This document shows positions 48,825 to 60,064 of a DNA stretch of 64,000 nucleotides, piece after piece (positions within the stretch are counted from its first letter, which is position 1; each line of letters opens with the position of its first letter). The DNA is taken from positions 55,991 through 119,990 of the forward strand of contig JANLHG010000020.1 of assembly GCA_024654575.1 (NCBI GenBank), read 5' to 3'. The notes beneath the pieces are model-generated. The model was not told the origin of the DNA. It did not search any database and was given only the letters and a program-made list of their open reading frames with translations. Source of the DNA: Patescibacteria group bacterium. GTDB taxonomy: Bacteria > Patescibacteriota > Minisyncoccia > Phycocordibacterales > PALSA-1337. A program made the position numbers and the translations under genes.

Positions 48825-49628
48825 TTAGTTTTTTATACAGATATTGTAGGCCTTAACTTGATTGTTATAAGTTTCAATAAAACTCTTTAACTCTGTTATT
48901 GTACTATTTGTTTTTTCGACCATATCGTTGTATTCTTTTATTTTTACAGTATCATTTTGCTTGATTGTCTCGGCATTTTTTTCAATATCAGCTTTTATTG
49001 ATACTAAAGCTGTTTGATAGACATCAATTTTTGTTTGAAGGTTTTTATCTATTGAGGGACAAAGAGAAGCTGGACGAGAAAAAATCTGAATCGCTATCCA
49101 CGTACTTTTACCATTAAATTCCCCTCTCTCAACAGCTATTCCTATTTTTGTAAAACGATTATTAAGAATATTAGCACGATGTCCAGGGCTATCCATCCAA
49201 GCTTTAACGAGAGCTTCATCATCTGGAAAATTTCCCATTGCTATATTTTCACCTATTAAAATATATTCATAACCAATAGATTTTGAAACTTCTGGAGCTC
49301 CAACGCCTTGTGGAGAAAAATGTTCAAAATATTGCTTCGCAAACATATCTTTCAAACGTATTTCAGCAATTTTGTTCAGATCTTTATCAAGTCCAAATGC
49401 TGGTAACTTTCCATTAGTATCTCTTGCTAAATTTGTATAAGTAACTACACCCTCTACAGTAAGGTTTGATACGGGTGCATCATTTTTTAAAATGAGCGGA
49501 ATGTTTTCGACAATGTTTTCAATAATTTTTTCTTCTATTTTGCTTTCTATAATATCATGCGGAACAATTTTTGGTAAAATAATAAAAACAGTTACTACAA
49601 TAAGTAGTATGGTGAATAAAAATTTCAT
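48825..49628 (-). CDS. CAP (SCP) domain protein
   Basis: GENIA...AWMDSPGHRANIL. Confidence 0.9.
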   Translation of the reverse strand: MKFLFTILLIVVTVFIILPKIVPHDIIESKIEEKIIENIVENIPLILKNDAPVSNLTVEGVVTYTNLARDTNGKLPAFGLDKDLNKIAEIRLKDMFAKQYFEHFSPQGVGAPEVSKSIGYEYILIGENIAMGNFPDDEALVKAWMDSPGHRANILNNRFTKIGIAVERGEFNGKSTWIAIQIFSRPASLCPSIDKNLQTKIDVYQTALVSIKADIEKNAETIKQNDTVKIKEYNDMVEKTNSTITELKSFIETYNNQVKAYNICIKN

Positions 49629-49646
49629 ATAAGTATTATAACAGAC

Positions 49647-49679
49647 GAACCTCGCTTTTATGTAATAAAAGCGAGGTTC
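49647..49679 (-). terminator. Terminator hairpin
   Basis: gaacctcgctttta/taaaagcgaggttc. Confidence 0.7.
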
Positions 49680-49704
49680 TAGTCTTGTTAGTCAGTAATA
49701 GTTA

Positions 49705-49998
49705 TTACCAGCTGTTTCCTCCTCTGTCGCCTCCACGAGGTGCTCGAGGTTGCATAGGACGAGCCTCATTTACTGTAAGACGTCGGCCTTCAAGCTCCTT
49801 TCCATTAAACATATTGATGGCGTTTTGTGCTTCTTCATCAGAAGACATTTCTACGAATCCGAATCCTTTTGATCGGTTCGTCATCTTGTCCATAATAATG
49901 CTTGCTGATGTAACTGTACCAGCTTGCGCGAAATAAGTCTTCAGCGCATCTTCGCTGGTGCTATAAGCAATACCACCAACATATAATTTCTTAGCCAT
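49705..49998 (-). CDS. RRM RNA-binding protein
   Basis: KLYVGG...KGFGFVEM. Confidence 0.93.
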   Translation of the reverse strand: MAKKLYVGGIAYSTSEDALKTYFAQAGTVTSASIIMDKMTNRSKGFGFVEMSSDEEAQNAINMFNGKELEGRRLTVNEARPMQPRAPRGGDRGGNSW

Positions 49999-50095
49999 TC
50001 TATTTACTTTACCTAGTCTTTAAATTAAACGTAAGGCGACTAGCAAAAACTTACTTCGAGTAGTATAGCATACTCACCTATTTTAGGCAAATAGC

Positions 50096-51991
50096 TTATT
50101 TCTTATCTTCTTCTTTCTTATCCTCTTCTTTAAACTCAGCATCGCGGACATTTTCTTTATCTTGCCCGTCCGAAGGATTAGGGTTTTCCGGCTTTGATTG
50201 CATATACTGCCCTATTTTTTGAATTTCAGTAGAAAGTGCTTCTGATGCTGATTTGACTGTAGCAATATCAGTACTATCTCTTGCAGTTTTAAGCAAAGCA
50301 ATTTTATCTTCAATTGTCTTTTTAACATCTTCCGGAACTTTATCTCCTGCGTCCTTAAGAGCTTTTTCTGAAGTGTAAATTAATTGTTCCGCAAAATTCT
50401 TTGCTTCTACTTCTTCTTTTTTCTTTTGATCTGACGCATTGTTAATTTCTGCATCTTTTTGCATTTTAGCAATTTCTTCTTTTGATAGACCAGATGTCGC
50501 CTGAATTTTAATGGATTGCACTTTACCTGTTGATTTATCCTTGGCAGTCACATTAAGAATACCATTTGCATCAATATCAAACGAAACTTCAATTTGAGGC
50601 ATTCCTCTTTGAGCTGGTGGAATACCATCTAAAACAAATTGACCAATACTTTTATTATCATTCGCCATCGGTCTTTCACCTTGAACGATATTAATTTGTA
50701 CTTGTGTTTGATTATCTGAAGCAGTTGAGAATGTTTGAGATTTTGAAGTTGGAATGGTGGTATTTTTTTCAATCAGTTTTGTAGCAACACCTCCCATAGT
50801 TTCAATTCCCAAAGAAAGCGGAATAACATCGAGTAGAAGAATATCTTTAACATCTCCTCCTAGAATTCCTCCTTGAATAGCTGCTCCGAGTGCAACAACT
50901 TCATCGGGATTAACTCCCATATGAGGTTCTTTATTAAAGAATTCTTTAACTACTTTTTGCATAGCAGGCATTCTAGTCTGTCCACCAACTAAAATAACTT
51001 CTTGAATTTCATTAACTTTAAATGGAGACGCTTCCATAGCTCGTTTAGTAATAGCCATTGCACGGTCAATAAATTCTCGAGTTAATTCTTCCAATTTTGC
51101 TCGTGTAAATGTCATCACTAAGTGCTTTGGTCCATCAGCAGTAGAAGTAACAAACGGAATATTGACTTCTGTTTGTACTGATGTAGAAAGTTCTATCTTT
51201 GCTTTTTCAGCAGCTTCATCAAGTCTCTGTAGGGCTAAGGTATCCTTTGAAATATCAATTCCTGATTCTTTTTTGAACTCATCAGAAAGATATTTGATAA
51301 TTTTCTGGTCAATATCTTTTCCTCCAAGATGTGCATCGCCATCTGTAGATTTTACTTCCACAACATCATCTCCAACTTCAAGTACAGAAATATCAAATGT
51401 TCCTCCACCAAAGTCAAAGACAACAATTTTTTCTTCTTTGTTTTTGTTAAAACCATAGGCAAGTGCCGCCGCTGTAGGTTCATTTATAATTCTTTTAACA
51501 TCAAGACCAGCAATCTTACCAGCATCCTTTGTAGCTTGTCTTTGAGAATCATTAAAGTATGCAGGAACAGTAATAACAGCTTCTGTGATTTTTTCTCCAA
51601 TACGAGCTTCCGCATCATTTTTTAATTTTTGAATAATCATCGCAGAAATTTCTTCCGGACGATACCATTTACCAGACATATTAACTTCTATTCCACCATT
51701 TGCAGATTTTTGCAATTCAAAAGGCACAGACGCTTTATCTTTTTGTACAGCTTCTTCATCAAATGTATGACCGATAAAACGTTTTATTTGATAAATAGTG
51801 TTTTTGGGATTAGTGACAGCTTGTCTTTTTGCAAGCAATCCTATAATTTTTTCTCCTGTTTTAGATTGAGCAACGATTGAAGGAGTAGTTCTAGCCCCTT
51901 CAGCGTTTTCTAAGATTTTTGGATCTCCCGCTTCCATAATTGCGACCGCAGAGTTAGTTGTTCCAAGATCAATTCCTATAATTTTAGACAT
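50096..51991 (-). CDS. dnaK: Chaperone DnaK
   Basis: [25 protein letters not shown]. Confidence 0.98.
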   Translation of the reverse strand: MSKIIGIDLGTTNSAVAIMEAGDPKILENAEGARTTPSIVAQSKTGEKIIGLLAKRQAVTNPKNTIYQIKRFIGHTFDEEAVQKDKASVPFELQKSANGGIEVNMSGKWYRPEEISAMIIQKLKNDAEARIGEKITEAVITVPAYFNDSQRQATKDAGKIAGLDVKRIINEPTAAALAYGFNKNKEEKIVVFDFGGGTFDISVLEVGDDVVEVKSTDGDAHLGGKDIDQKIIKYLSDEFKKESGIDISKDTLALQRLDEAAEKAKIELSTSVQTEVNIPFVTSTADGPKHLVMTFTRAKLEELTREFIDRAMAITKRAMEASPFKVNEIQEVILVGGQTRMPAMQKVVKEFFNKEPHMGVNPDEVVALGAAIQGGILGGDVKDILLLDVIPLSLGIETMGGVATKLIEKNTTIPTSKSQTFSTASDNQTQVQINIVQGERPMANDNKSIGQFVLDGIPPAQRGMPQIEVSFDIDANGILNVTAKDKSTGKVQSIKIQATSGLSKEEIAKMQKDAEINNASDQKKKEEVEAKNFAEQLIYTSEKALKDAGDKVPEDVKKTIEDKIALLKTARDSTDIATVKSASEALSTEIQKIGQYMQSKPENPNPSDGQDKENVRDAEFKEEDKKEEDKK

Positions 51992-52030
51992 AATTTTTAT
52001 TATTAGTTTTTAAAATTGAGTAACAAAATT

Positions 52031-52327
52031 TTAAAAACTTGGTGCTCGTGTTGGTTGACTATTAAAAAAGAAAAATTGATTAAATGGTGAAAGAATCGGT
52101 GCAAGTAGTGAAATATATGTAAATTCTTGTGTTTCTTTTTCTTTATATTCAGGAAGAAATGTTTGTTTTTTAATTTGTATATTGATAGGAGAAACAGAAA
52201 TAATCCTACCTTGAAAAGTCCCATTAACTTCAATAATAGTAAATCTCACACGGACAAAAACACCGTTTTTATCTTTAACGACTCTTTCAAAAATATTATT
52301 TAGTTCTTTATTTTGAAATAAAAGCAT
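52031..52327 (-). CDS. Hypothetical protein between grpE and dnaK
   Basis: 98 aa, 2 bp from the grpE stop. Confidence 0.65.
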   Translation of the reverse strand: MLLFQNKELNNIFERVVKDKNGVFVRVRFTIIEVNGTFQGRIISVSPINIQIKKQTFLPEYKEKETQEFTYISLLAPILSPFNQFFFFNSQPTRAPSF

Positions 52328-52329
52328 TT

Positions 52330-52890
52330 TTATTTTTTAAATTGTCCTATTTTTACTTTTGGTGATTTTATAATCTTACCATTTAGACTATATCCTTTTT
52401 GAATAACTTTTGTGATTATATCATTTTTTGATTCATCATCAACTATTTCAAATTCAATAGCTTCGTCTCTCATTGGATTAAATTTTTCTCCAAGTGGATT
52501 TATTTCTAAAAGATTATTGTTTACTAATATAGTTTTAAGTTGAGAATAAATATGTTCAACGCCTATTCTCCAGTTTTTATCAACTTTTTCCCACATTTCT
52601 TTGTTCGCCATTGCTATTTCAAAACTATCAAGTACTGGGATAATTTCTATTATCAAATTTTCATTAGCAAACTTAAAAGTATCAATTCTTAATTCTTCAT
52701 CTCTCTTACGCATATTCACAAAATCAGCTTTTGCTCTCTGTAACTCTGTCAAATGTTGCTGTTTTTCTTCAACAGCTTTTTTAAGCTTTTCTTTAAGATT
52801 AGTGATAGTGTCTTTGGCAGATTCCTCCGCAATGACAGAATCATCTAGATTTTCATCAGATTCAATTGTGATATCTTTTTCTTCTTCCAT
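52330..52890 (-). CDS. grpE: Nucleotide exchange factor GrpE
   Basis: RAKADFVNMRKR, FNP..EA, QKGY. Confidence 0.95.
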   Translation of the reverse strand: MEEEKDITIESDENLDDSVIAEESAKDTITNLKEKLKKAVEEKQQHLTELQRAKADFVNMRKRDEELRIDTFKFANENLIIEIIPVLDSFEIAMANKEMWEKVDKNWRIGVEHIYSQLKTILVNNNLLEINPLGEKFNPMRDEAIEFEIVDDESKNDIITKVIQKGYSLNGKIIKSPKVKIGQFKK

Positions 52891-52896
52891 ATTTTA

Positions 52897-53304
52897 TTAT
52901 CTCTTACTCCACTGTGGTGCTTTTCTAGCTTTCTTTAGACCGAATTTTCGGCGTTCTTTTGCTCGTGGGTCACGCTTTAGAAAACCAAGTTTTTTGATAT
53001 CTTTACGTAATTCTTTATCATAATCAATCAATCCTCGTGCAATACCATGACGAACTGCTTCTGCTTGAGAATGAACTCCGCCACCTTTAACAACAACAGT
53101 AATTTTAAATTTTTGAGTAATTTTAGCTTTATCTAAACTTTCTACAGCAACCATTCTAAGTTCATCTGTTGGAAAATAAATATTAAGATTCTTGTCATTT
53201 ATAACAAAAGAATTTTTTGCTTGTGGAGTTATACGAACTCTAGCAACAGAAGTTTTTCTTCGTCCAACAGTTTCAATGTACCTGTGATTTGTTTCTGGTT
53301 GCAT
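52897..53304 (-). CDS. rpsI: 30S ribosomal protein S9
   Basis: GRRKTSVAR...KARKAPQWSKR. Confidence 0.97.
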   Translation of the reverse strand: MQPETNHRYIETVGRRKTSVARVRITPQAKNSFVINDKNLNIYFPTDELRMVAVESLDKAKITQKFKITVVVKGGGVHSQAEAVRHGIARGLIDYDKELRKDIKKLGFLKRDPRAKERRKFGLKKARKAPQWSKR

Positions 53305-53305
53305 A

Positions 53306-53659
53306 TTATTCTTTAATTATTAAATTTTTCATCATTCCTTTAGTTAATTTATTGTGTGGAAGCATACCATAAATCGCCGTCTTGAATACTTCACTGTAAC
53401 CTTTATCTTTTATCATTTCGCCCATAGTTTCATTATGAAGACCTCCAGGATAACCACTGTAAGTAAGATAAACTTTTTCCAATTTCTTTTTTACATCTAT
53501 TTTTGCTAATGAAGTGTTAATAACTTCAACTTTAACATCAGGTATTTTATTTCTAACAAAATCTGCTCTATCTTTTCCCATAAGAAAAATGGCCGCTTGA
53601 CTTGCGATTCTCCCTATTTTTTTTCCTTTTGCGTCAATGGTATGCATATTTTTATACAA
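53306..53659 (-). CDS. rplM: 50S ribosomal protein L13
   Basis: IDAKGKKIGRIAS, SGYPGGL, GMLP. Confidence 0.95.
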   Translation of the reverse strand: MYKNMHTIDAKGKKIGRIASQAAIFLMGKDRADFVRNKIPDVKVEVINTSLAKIDVKKKLEKVYLTYSGYPGGLHNETMGEMIKDKGYSEVFKTAIYGMLPHNKLTKGMMKNLIIKE

Positions 53660-54002
53660 ATTCTATTATTGCCATTTTTGAACCGTCTGATTGACGTCTA
53701 GGCAACTTGATAATTCTAGTGTAACCTCCATTTCTATCTTTATACTTAGGACCAATTTCTTTTATGAGAGCATCCACTCCATCATTATCACCAATTCTTG
53801 ATGAAATCAATCTTCTCATAGCTAAAGTTCCAGTTTTTGACTTTGTGACGAGCTTTTCCACAAAAGGTCTTAATTCTTTAGCTTTAGCTTCTGTTGTTTT
53901 AATTTTTTCTTTTATCAATAAAGATAACGCTAAAGATTTAAGAAGTGCATTTCTCTGATTTTTCTCCCTTCCAAATTTTCTGGTGTTATTATGATGTCTC
54001 AT
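53652..54002 (-). CDS. rplQ: 50S ribosomal protein L17
   Basis: MRHH...TTEAKAKE...GGYTRI. Confidence 0.97.
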   Translation of the reverse strand: MRHHNNTRKFGREKNQRNALLKSLALSLLIKEKIKTTEAKAKELRPFVEKLVTKSKTGTLAMRRLISSRIGDNDGVDALIKEIGPKYKDRNGGYTRIIKLPRRQSDGSKMAIIEFV

Positions 54003-54004
54003 AC

Positions 54005-54973
54005 TTATCTTAATGTAATGCCGTAATTACTAAGAGCTTTCTTTATTTCTTGAATTCCTTTTGTACCAAGACCTTCAATTTCCATAATATCAGCTTCTTT
54101 CTTCCTTGCAAGTCCGCCGACTGTTCTAATATTGGCATTAGATAAAGCTTTTACAGTTCTAGCTGAAAGTCCAATAGAATCTGTCCTCGTTTTCATAAAC
54201 TCAACATCAAATTCTTTCTTTGATTCGGCATTTTTCTTTTCTTTTTGACTTTCTTCTTTTTCAACTTCTGGTTTGACTTCTTCTTTAAAACCAACAATAG
54301 CTTTAAGTTGGTGTATCATAATTTCTATAGATTTTGACAATGCTTCATTTGGCGAGACAGTTCCATCAGTTTCAATAAATATTTTCAAACGATTGAAATC
54401 AGTTCTATCACCCACTCTCATATTCTCAACTTCATAATTAACTCGACGGATTGGGGTAAAAAGGGCATCTAAAGTTATGTTACCTATATCTACCCTATCT
54501 TTCTCTAAAACGTCTTTTGGAACGTAGCCAAGGCCTTTTTCAACGGTCATTTCAATATCAAGTTCGCTATTCTTGTTCGTGATATGAGCAACTGGAAGAT
54601 CTGGATTTAATATTTCAACTTGACCTGGGTGTTCTATATCTCCAGCTGTTATATTTTTTATTCCCTTTAATTTAAGATTTAAAGTTTGAGGTTCGTCAGT
54701 AGACATTTTAATACGAACTCTTTTTAAATTCAAAAGAATAGTAATAACATCTTCTTTTACTCCTTCAATAGTTGAAAACTCATGATTAACTCCATCTATC
54801 TTTACTCTAGTGATAGCCGATCCAGGAATAGAGGACAAAATAATTCTACGAATAGAATTACCGAGAGTATGTCCATAACCAGGATACAAACCATCAATCT
54901 CGTATATACCAGTAAATCCTTCTTCTTTTATAATTCTAGGCTTTGATGGTAACAATACATTTAAGTCAGACAT
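54005..54973 (-). CDS. rpoA: RNA polymerase alpha subunit
   Basis: Start MSDLNV; GYGHTLGNSIRR, HEFSTIEGVKED. Confidence 0.97.
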   Translation of the reverse strand: MSDLNVLLPSKPRIIKEEGFTGIYEIDGLYPGYGHTLGNSIRRIILSSIPGSAITRVKIDGVNHEFSTIEGVKEDVITILLNLKRVRIKMSTDEPQTLNLKLKGIKNITAGDIEHPGQVEILNPDLPVAHITNKNSELDIEMTVEKGLGYVPKDVLEKDRVDIGNITLDALFTPIRRVNYEVENMRVGDRTDFNRLKIFIETDGTVSPNEALSKSIEIMIHQLKAIVGFKEEVKPEVEKEESQKEKKNAESKKEFDVEFMKTRTDSIGLSARTVKALSNANIRTVGGLARKKEADIMEIEGLGTKGIQEIKKALSNYGITLR

Positions 54974-55028
54974 AGTGATAAAAAAAATATTAAAATCGCT
55001 TTTAATTTGCTTACTAAAAACTATACCA

Positions 55029-55637
55029 TTACCTGCTATAAAACTCAAGTATTGCTCCAATATCAAACAATAAATCAGTTTTAGCAATAGTTGGTATCCC
55101 TTGAACCTTCCATTCCATTTTCTCCAAATCAAAGGCCAACCAAGATGGAGTATTGTATGTTTTCATTTTTTCTACAATGCTTGAAAACATTGGACTCTTC
55201 TTGCTTCCCTCACGAATAGATATAATATCTCCAATTTTTACTTGATATGAAGGAAAACTCGATTTTTTACCATTTATTAAAATATGACCATGAGTAACAA
55301 CCTGCCTAGCAAAAGCCCTAGATGTAACAATGCCCGACCTCAATACAGCATTATCAAGTCTTGACTCAAGAGAGGACAATAAAATACCAGAAGAATCTCC
55401 CTTTGTTTTTACCGCCTCCTTAACATAGTTTGAAAATTGTCTTTCACCTAGTCCATAACTATATCTAGCTTTTTGTTTCTCAATAACTTTAAGACCGTAA
55501 TCAGTCTTAGCTCTCGGTTTTGATGTTCTTGAAGCTTTTTTTCTAGCTTCACTCATAACAAACTTCTGTGTCTGTGTTTTTTCAAAAACTGGGGCTCCTA
55601 ATCTTCTTGCTATTTTGTATTTTGGTCCAAATTTCAT
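55029..55637 (-). CDS. rpsD: 30S ribosomal protein S4
   Basis: EKQK, LESRLDN, ARQVVTHGH, EFYSR. Confidence 0.97.
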   Translation of the reverse strand: MKFGPKYKIARRLGAPVFEKTQTQKFVMSEARKKASRTSKPRAKTDYGLKVIEKQKARYSYGLGERQFSNYVKEAVKTKGDSSGILLSSLESRLDNAVLRSGIVTSRAFARQVVTHGHILINGKKSSFPSYQVKIGDIISIREGSKKSPMFSSIVEKMKTYNTPSWLAFDLEKMEWKVQGIPTIAKTDLLFDIGAILEFYSR

Positions 55638-55652
55638 AAATATAATATTTTA

Positions 55653-56081
55653 TTAAACCCTTCGAGGTTTTTTGGGTTTTGGTCCATTAAATGGCACAGG
55701 CGTAACATCCTTTATAGAAGAAATAGTTATTCCTTTTGATGTAAAACCACGAATTGAGGATTCTCTTCCTGAACCCACCCCTTTTACTACCACATCAACC
55801 TGCTTTACTCCAAATGTTTCTGCAGAAACAGCTAGAGTTTCTCCAACTTTTGCCGCTGCAAAAGGCGTTCCCTTTTTAGCACCTTTAAAACCTAAAGAAC
55901 CACTTGAAGACCATGCTAAAGCGTTTCCTTTTGGATCAGTTAAAAGCACTTTTGTATTATTATATGTAGATTGAACATACAAAACACCTGACTCAAATTT
56001 CTTTTTTGAGCTTACATTTTGAGGACTTTTTATGTCCTTCACCTTATCTCCTTCTTGTGTTACAATTCTTTTTTTTCCCAT
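55653..56081 (-). CDS. rpsK: 30S ribosomal protein S11
   Basis: STYNNT, KGTPFAA, DVTPVP.NG...RRV. Confidence 0.97.
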   Translation of the reverse strand: MGKKRIVTQEGDKVKDIKSPQNVSSKKKFESGVLYVQSTYNNTKVLLTDPKGNALAWSSSGSLGFKGAKKGTPFAAAKVGETLAVSAETFGVKQVDVVVKGVGSGRESSIRGFTSKGITISSIKDVTPVPFNGPKPKKPRRV

Positions 56082-56085
56082 TTTA

Positions 56086-56466
56086 TTATGTTTTTTCCTC
56101 CTTCTTTCTTCCACTACCCATTGTTTTTCTAACATTACCTCTAACTGTTCTGGAATTTGTTTTCGTTCTTTGTCCTTTAACTGGTAATTTTTTAATGTGT
56201 CTTATTCCACGATACGTCTTAATATCTTTTAAACGTTTTACATTTGCTCCAATCTCACGTTTTAAATCTCCTTCAATTTTATAACTCTCAACAATTTTTC
56301 TAATTCCATTTTCTTCATCTTGAGTCAAATCTTTTGGTATTTTTCCATAATCTATTCCTGCCTTATCGAGAATCTGTTGAGCACGAGAACGGCCCACTCC
56401 GTATAGAGCAGTTAAAGCCATTTCCATTCTTTTGTTATCTGGAAGAGTAATTCCTAAAATTCTCAT
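56086..56466 (-). CDS. rpsM: 30S ribosomal protein S13
   Basis: MRILG...YGVG...GQRTKTNSRT. Confidence 0.97.
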   Translation of the reverse strand: MRILGITLPDNKRMEMALTALYGVGRSRAQQILDKAGIDYGKIPKDLTQDEENGIRKIVESYKIEGDLKREIGANVKRLKDIKTYRGIRHIKKLPVKGQRTKTNSRTVRGNVRKTMGSGRKKEEKT

Positions 56467-56470
56467 AAAT

Positions 56471-56587
56471 TTATCCTTGTCTTTGCTTATGTCGCAAATT
56501 AGATTTACAAATAACATAAACGTAGCCCTTTCTTCGGACCACCTTACATTTTGGACACATTTTTTTTACGGATGCTTTAACTTTCAT
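56471..56587 (-). CDS. rpmJ: 50S ribosomal protein L36
   Basis: Not in ORF track; [38 protein letters not shown]. Confidence 0.96.
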   Translation of the reverse strand: MKVKASVKKMCPKCKVVRRKGYVYVICKSNLRHKQRQG

Positions 56588-56588
56588 A

Positions 56589-56810
56589 TTATAATCTTTT
56601 TGTAATTCTCGCTCTACCTCCATAAGGGTCAAGTTCTAAAGTTACCTTATCGCCAAGAAGAATACGAATATGGTGTATTCTCATCTTTCCAGCAAGATAA
56701 GCTAAGACGATATCTTCTTTCCCATCAAGTTTAACTTTAAACAGGGTGTTTGGCAGTGTTTCTGTTACAACACCATATGCTAATGTTTCTTTTGATTGAG
56801 CTTGTTGCAT
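56589..56810 (-). CDS. infA: Translation initiation factor IF-1
   Basis: LPNTLF...[15 protein letters not shown]. Confidence 0.96.
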   Translation of the reverse strand: MQQAQSKETLAYGVVTETLPNTLFKVKLDGKEDIVLAYLAGKMRIHHIRILLGDKVTLELDPYGGRARITKRL

Positions 56811-56836
56811 TTACAAAAATTAATGTGCGTTTTTCA

Positions 56837-57034
56837 TCATAGCAAACCGAGAGCTATGGTGTCAACTTCTATTGAAAGAGAAACCACTTCTCGAAGTCGT
56901 TCGTAAAGCTGGGGTAATGTTTTAGCCTGTGTATAACAACTCCGTAGAGATGGAACAGTCCCAACAAAATATCCCGATTCGTCTTTTTCGATAATAACAG
57001 GTAGATGTAAGGTTTTTTTAGTAGATATTTTCAT
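56837..57034 (-). CDS. HicB-like antitoxin (no hicA adjacent)
   Basis: VIIEKDESGYFVGTVPSLRSCYTQAKT. Confidence 0.8.
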   Translation of the reverse strand: MKISTKKTLHLPVIIEKDESGYFVGTVPSLRSCYTQAKTLPQLYERLREVVSLSIEVDTIALGLL

Positions 57035-57078
57035 AAATATACTATATCAAAAGTTTAGATTTATTACAATACAAATTA

Positions 57079-58833
57079 TTATCTAAATATCCACTTCCAG
57101 AAATTAGTAAAACTATTAAAGATTGATGCTGTCATTGTGGTATTACTTGAATTCTCTGATACTGGTGAAGAACTCGGACTCGCTGAAGGCGAAGGAGTCG
57201 GTGTGGAAGTAGGAGTAGCTGTGGGACTAGGTGATGGTGTGTAGATGGGAGATGGAGAGTATGTAGGAGAAGGAGTATATACAGGAGTAGGACTTGGAGT
57301 GTATGTATAAACTGGAGTTTGGGTAGGGATTGGAGAATATGTTGGACTAGGAGTATAAATTGGGGTAGGGGTAGGTGTGCCTCCTAAAGATTTTTGGACA
57401 TTATCTATGACATTCTGATTTGCGTTGAATGACTTGAGTAGTCCGAGGATGCTGGAGATTTGGACTGAAGTGAGAAGTTTATTAGAAACATTTGACTTTC
57501 GTACCGGAAGTGGTTTTCCATCAGAACCAAGAATAGAAGGCAGAGTCGGTTGGACTGGCAACTGATTGATATAACCCTCGGTGCGAATTTCTATCGAATC
57601 AGAACCGACTGGTTTGCCGGACGCATCAGTGCATGAAATTGTGTAAACCGTTGAAGGGAAACGAGGTATGACTATGGTGGTGCCGATGCCATTCGTAATA
57701 TCAAGAGTCTCCCGTGTCCAGTTACCAGTGCACGAGGTAGCAGTCGGTGGAATTGTCCATAAAAGCGTAGTCTTGCGACCAATCGTACTATAGAGCGAAC
57801 CGTCAGAAGCGGTGCTGAGAGGGGTAAAGAAAGCGTTTGCTTTTAAATCAACGAATGGGATTGCCGGAACAAAATCCTGATTTAGTGCTGTTTTTGGGAC
57901 TTTATCTATCGACACCGCTGCTGGCTCAAAACCATCAAAAAATATCTTATCTCCATGTTTAGGCTCAGGAAATCTAGTATAAGGATTACCGCCATTAACA
58001 AGGATGTCAAAATTGTATGAATAGTAAGGAACATTCTGAATAGTCGGAGTAATATATGTCTTGCTTTGTCCACGCACAATAAGGTCCACAGTACAATTAC
58101 CTTTCACTGTCTGATTATTAACTTTGATTTTACTGCACAAAATAGGACGAGAGAACCAACCGTTCCTATCAGTAGTAGAAACAATTTCATTGATTCTATC
58201 CGATGGTAAAATTGATGACGCGGAAACATTTAAAGTTATACGATAAAAAGTATCGGACTTTCCTCCTTCAAGAATGAGGTAGGCCTTAGAATTTTCCTTC
58301 ACCTCTTGAACCTCGTCGTACACCAAACCAACACTAGACACTCTAAATTTTAATGTGGTTTTTCCACCACCCTGTGCAAAATCTGGGGAATAAGTATAAA
58401 ATGCAGGGTCGGTAGAAATATCCACATCAAAGATTGGTACTTCTTGATCGTCACACTTTCTCACAGAGCGCCCTTTTTCCGTTGTTTGATTGAAATTGTC
58501 GCTAGTGACACATTGCGTCCGACGGTACGATTTTATAAACCGGTCCGAGTAGTTTTCCGTTACTATTTTAAAAACATTATCCTTGCTCGAATAAGGATAA
58601 TTAAATGTAATTTCTTCATTATAAGAAGTCTTTTCATTCCTACGAGAAAGACAATCTTGTGAACCGTCCGGGCATGAGTAGGTACTCTTCTTTGTGCTAC
58701 GGTATTCATCCAAAATGATTCTCACCTTGGGTGAATTATCCATTTTTGATCCTGATTCGGGAATAGTCTGCGCACGAACTAAAAATGGCGTTAAGATTAC
58801 TGTTAGTAAAATCAAAAATATAATTTTTTTCAT
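57079..58833 (-). CDS. Secreted/surface protein with Pro/Ser/Thr-rich tail
   Basis: Signal peptide; YTPSP repeats near the C-terminus. Confidence 0.8.
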   Translation of the reverse strand: MKKIIFLILLTVILTPFLVRAQTIPESGSKMDNSPKVRIILDEYRSTKKSTYSCPDGSQDCLSRRNEKTSYNEEITFNYPYSSKDNVFKIVTENYSDRFIKSYRRTQCVTSDNFNQTTEKGRSVRKCDDQEVPIFDVDISTDPAFYTYSPDFAQGGGKTTLKFRVSSVGLVYDEVQEVKENSKAYLILEGGKSDTFYRITLNVSASSILPSDRINEIVSTTDRNGWFSRPILCSKIKVNNQTVKGNCTVDLIVRGQSKTYITPTIQNVPYYSYNFDILVNGGNPYTRFPEPKHGDKIFFDGFEPAAVSIDKVPKTALNQDFVPAIPFVDLKANAFFTPLSTASDGSLYSTIGRKTTLLWTIPPTATSCTGNWTRETLDITNGIGTTIVIPRFPSTVYTISCTDASGKPVGSDSIEIRTEGYINQLPVQPTLPSILGSDGKPLPVRKSNVSNKLLTSVQISSILGLLKSFNANQNVIDNVQKSLGGTPTPTPIYTPSPTYSPIPTQTPVYTYTPSPTPVYTPSPTYSPSPIYTPSPSPTATPTSTPTPSPSASPSSSPVSENSSNTTMTASIFNSFTNFWKWIFR

Positions 58834-60062
58834 TATGGGTTTATTTTTTCTATCTTTATCTTATCTTCATTTACTGGAAACGACCGTTTCCAGAAAGGTC
58901 TTATTGATACTTCTGCATTTTTAATACCGGGATAACTACTTAAAGCTGTTACAATATATTGCGATGCTTTTCCTGCTAATTCATGTTTTAACTTATTCTC
59001 TGAAAATTGCCACACCATAAAAAGTTGACCTTCAACAGAAAATGATACTGTACTAGCGTCCTCAAATGAAAAACTTTGAATATTCTTGATATTAAACTTC
59101 AAACTCTCAATATTTTCAGAAACAACCTCATCTTTGGCTATATTCTCAGATAGTTCTTTTACTAATACACTTTCAAGATCTTTTTTATTAAATAAAATTC
59201 CGTAAGCGACAGCTTTTTCTCGAATAGTAACTTTACCAGATACAGCTGGTAAAATTGGAAGTGACTCATATTCTATTGATGAAAGAGCATTATCAAAAAG
59301 AATAAAATCATCTGGTTTTTGATTAAAGGCTTCTTTTGTAACTTCATTTTTCAATTCAGAACGTAAACCAGCCCTAGCATCTTCTAAAGTTTTATCATCT
59401 GCAACCAAAACCATCCCCTCCTGTCCTCCTAAAATATCATCTTTTAACCTAGCGAAAACTGAATCATATTTTGATGAACCTTTAAATCCTGGTATTTTAA
59501 AATCTCCTTTTAGGTCAGAAAGTAACATATTAGAATCTTTTCCAGTTTCATCGGCATAAACCACAGCCGTTATATTTCCATTAGCTGGTATAGTTATTGT
59601 TTGTTGAATTCTATAAATTTTTCCAATACTATTTTCAAAACGAGTGTTTTTTACAAGCACTTGAGGTTTATCTGTTGAATTATATATTGCAATATTTCCA
59701 AAAGCTTTCTCTGATACATTTTTGGTCTGATTAGCACTAACAACCATTTCTTTCTCTTTTTCAATTTTGACACTATTAAAATGAAGTCCTTTAATATCGG
59801 TATCCTTAAAAGCTGTGTAGTTACCACTTGCCTCTACCGTTTGTGTTTTGGAAGTTATTTTAACGGTTGCGGAAGAAAATAGTAAAGTGGCAGAGAAAAT
59901 AAGGAAAACTATACAAAATAAAGCAACTAGCCATATACCGATTTTATTTTTATTTCTTGGATTTCTAATACGTTCCTTTTTATCCACCTTCTTGTTTATT
60001 TTAACTTGTCTATATTCAGGAACTGATATTCTTTTTATATCTCGCACAATTTTTCTTTCCAT
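58833..60062 (-). CDS. Membrane-anchored protein (baseplate J-like family common in CPR)
   Basis: One TM; [17 protein letters not shown]; FKIPG; RPFW. Confidence 0.65.
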   Translation of the reverse strand: MERKIVRDIKRISVPEYRQVKINKKVDKKERIRNPRNKNKIGIWLVALFCIVFLIFSATLLFSSATVKITSKTQTVEASGNYTAFKDTDIKGLHFNSVKIEKEKEMVVSANQTKNVSEKAFGNIAIYNSTDKPQVLVKNTRFENSIGKIYRIQQTITIPANGNITAVVYADETGKDSNMLLSDLKGDFKIPGFKGSSKYDSVFARLKDDILGGQEGMVLVADDKTLEDARAGLRSELKNEVTKEAFNQKPDDFILFDNALSSIEYESLPILPAVSGKVTIREKAVAYGILFNKKDLESVLVKELSENIAKDEVVSENIESLKFNIKNIQSFSFEDASTVSFSVEGQLFMVWQFSENKLKHELAGKASQYIVTALSSYPGIKNAEVSIRPFWKRSFPVNEDKIKIEKINP

Positions 60063-60064
60063 AT

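Noticed and set aside
57160-57380. Repetitive DNA that could be taken for a CRISPR array or VNTR
   Set aside because: Degenerate codons of a Pro/Ser/Thr linker; no fixed repeat-spacer structure and no cas genes
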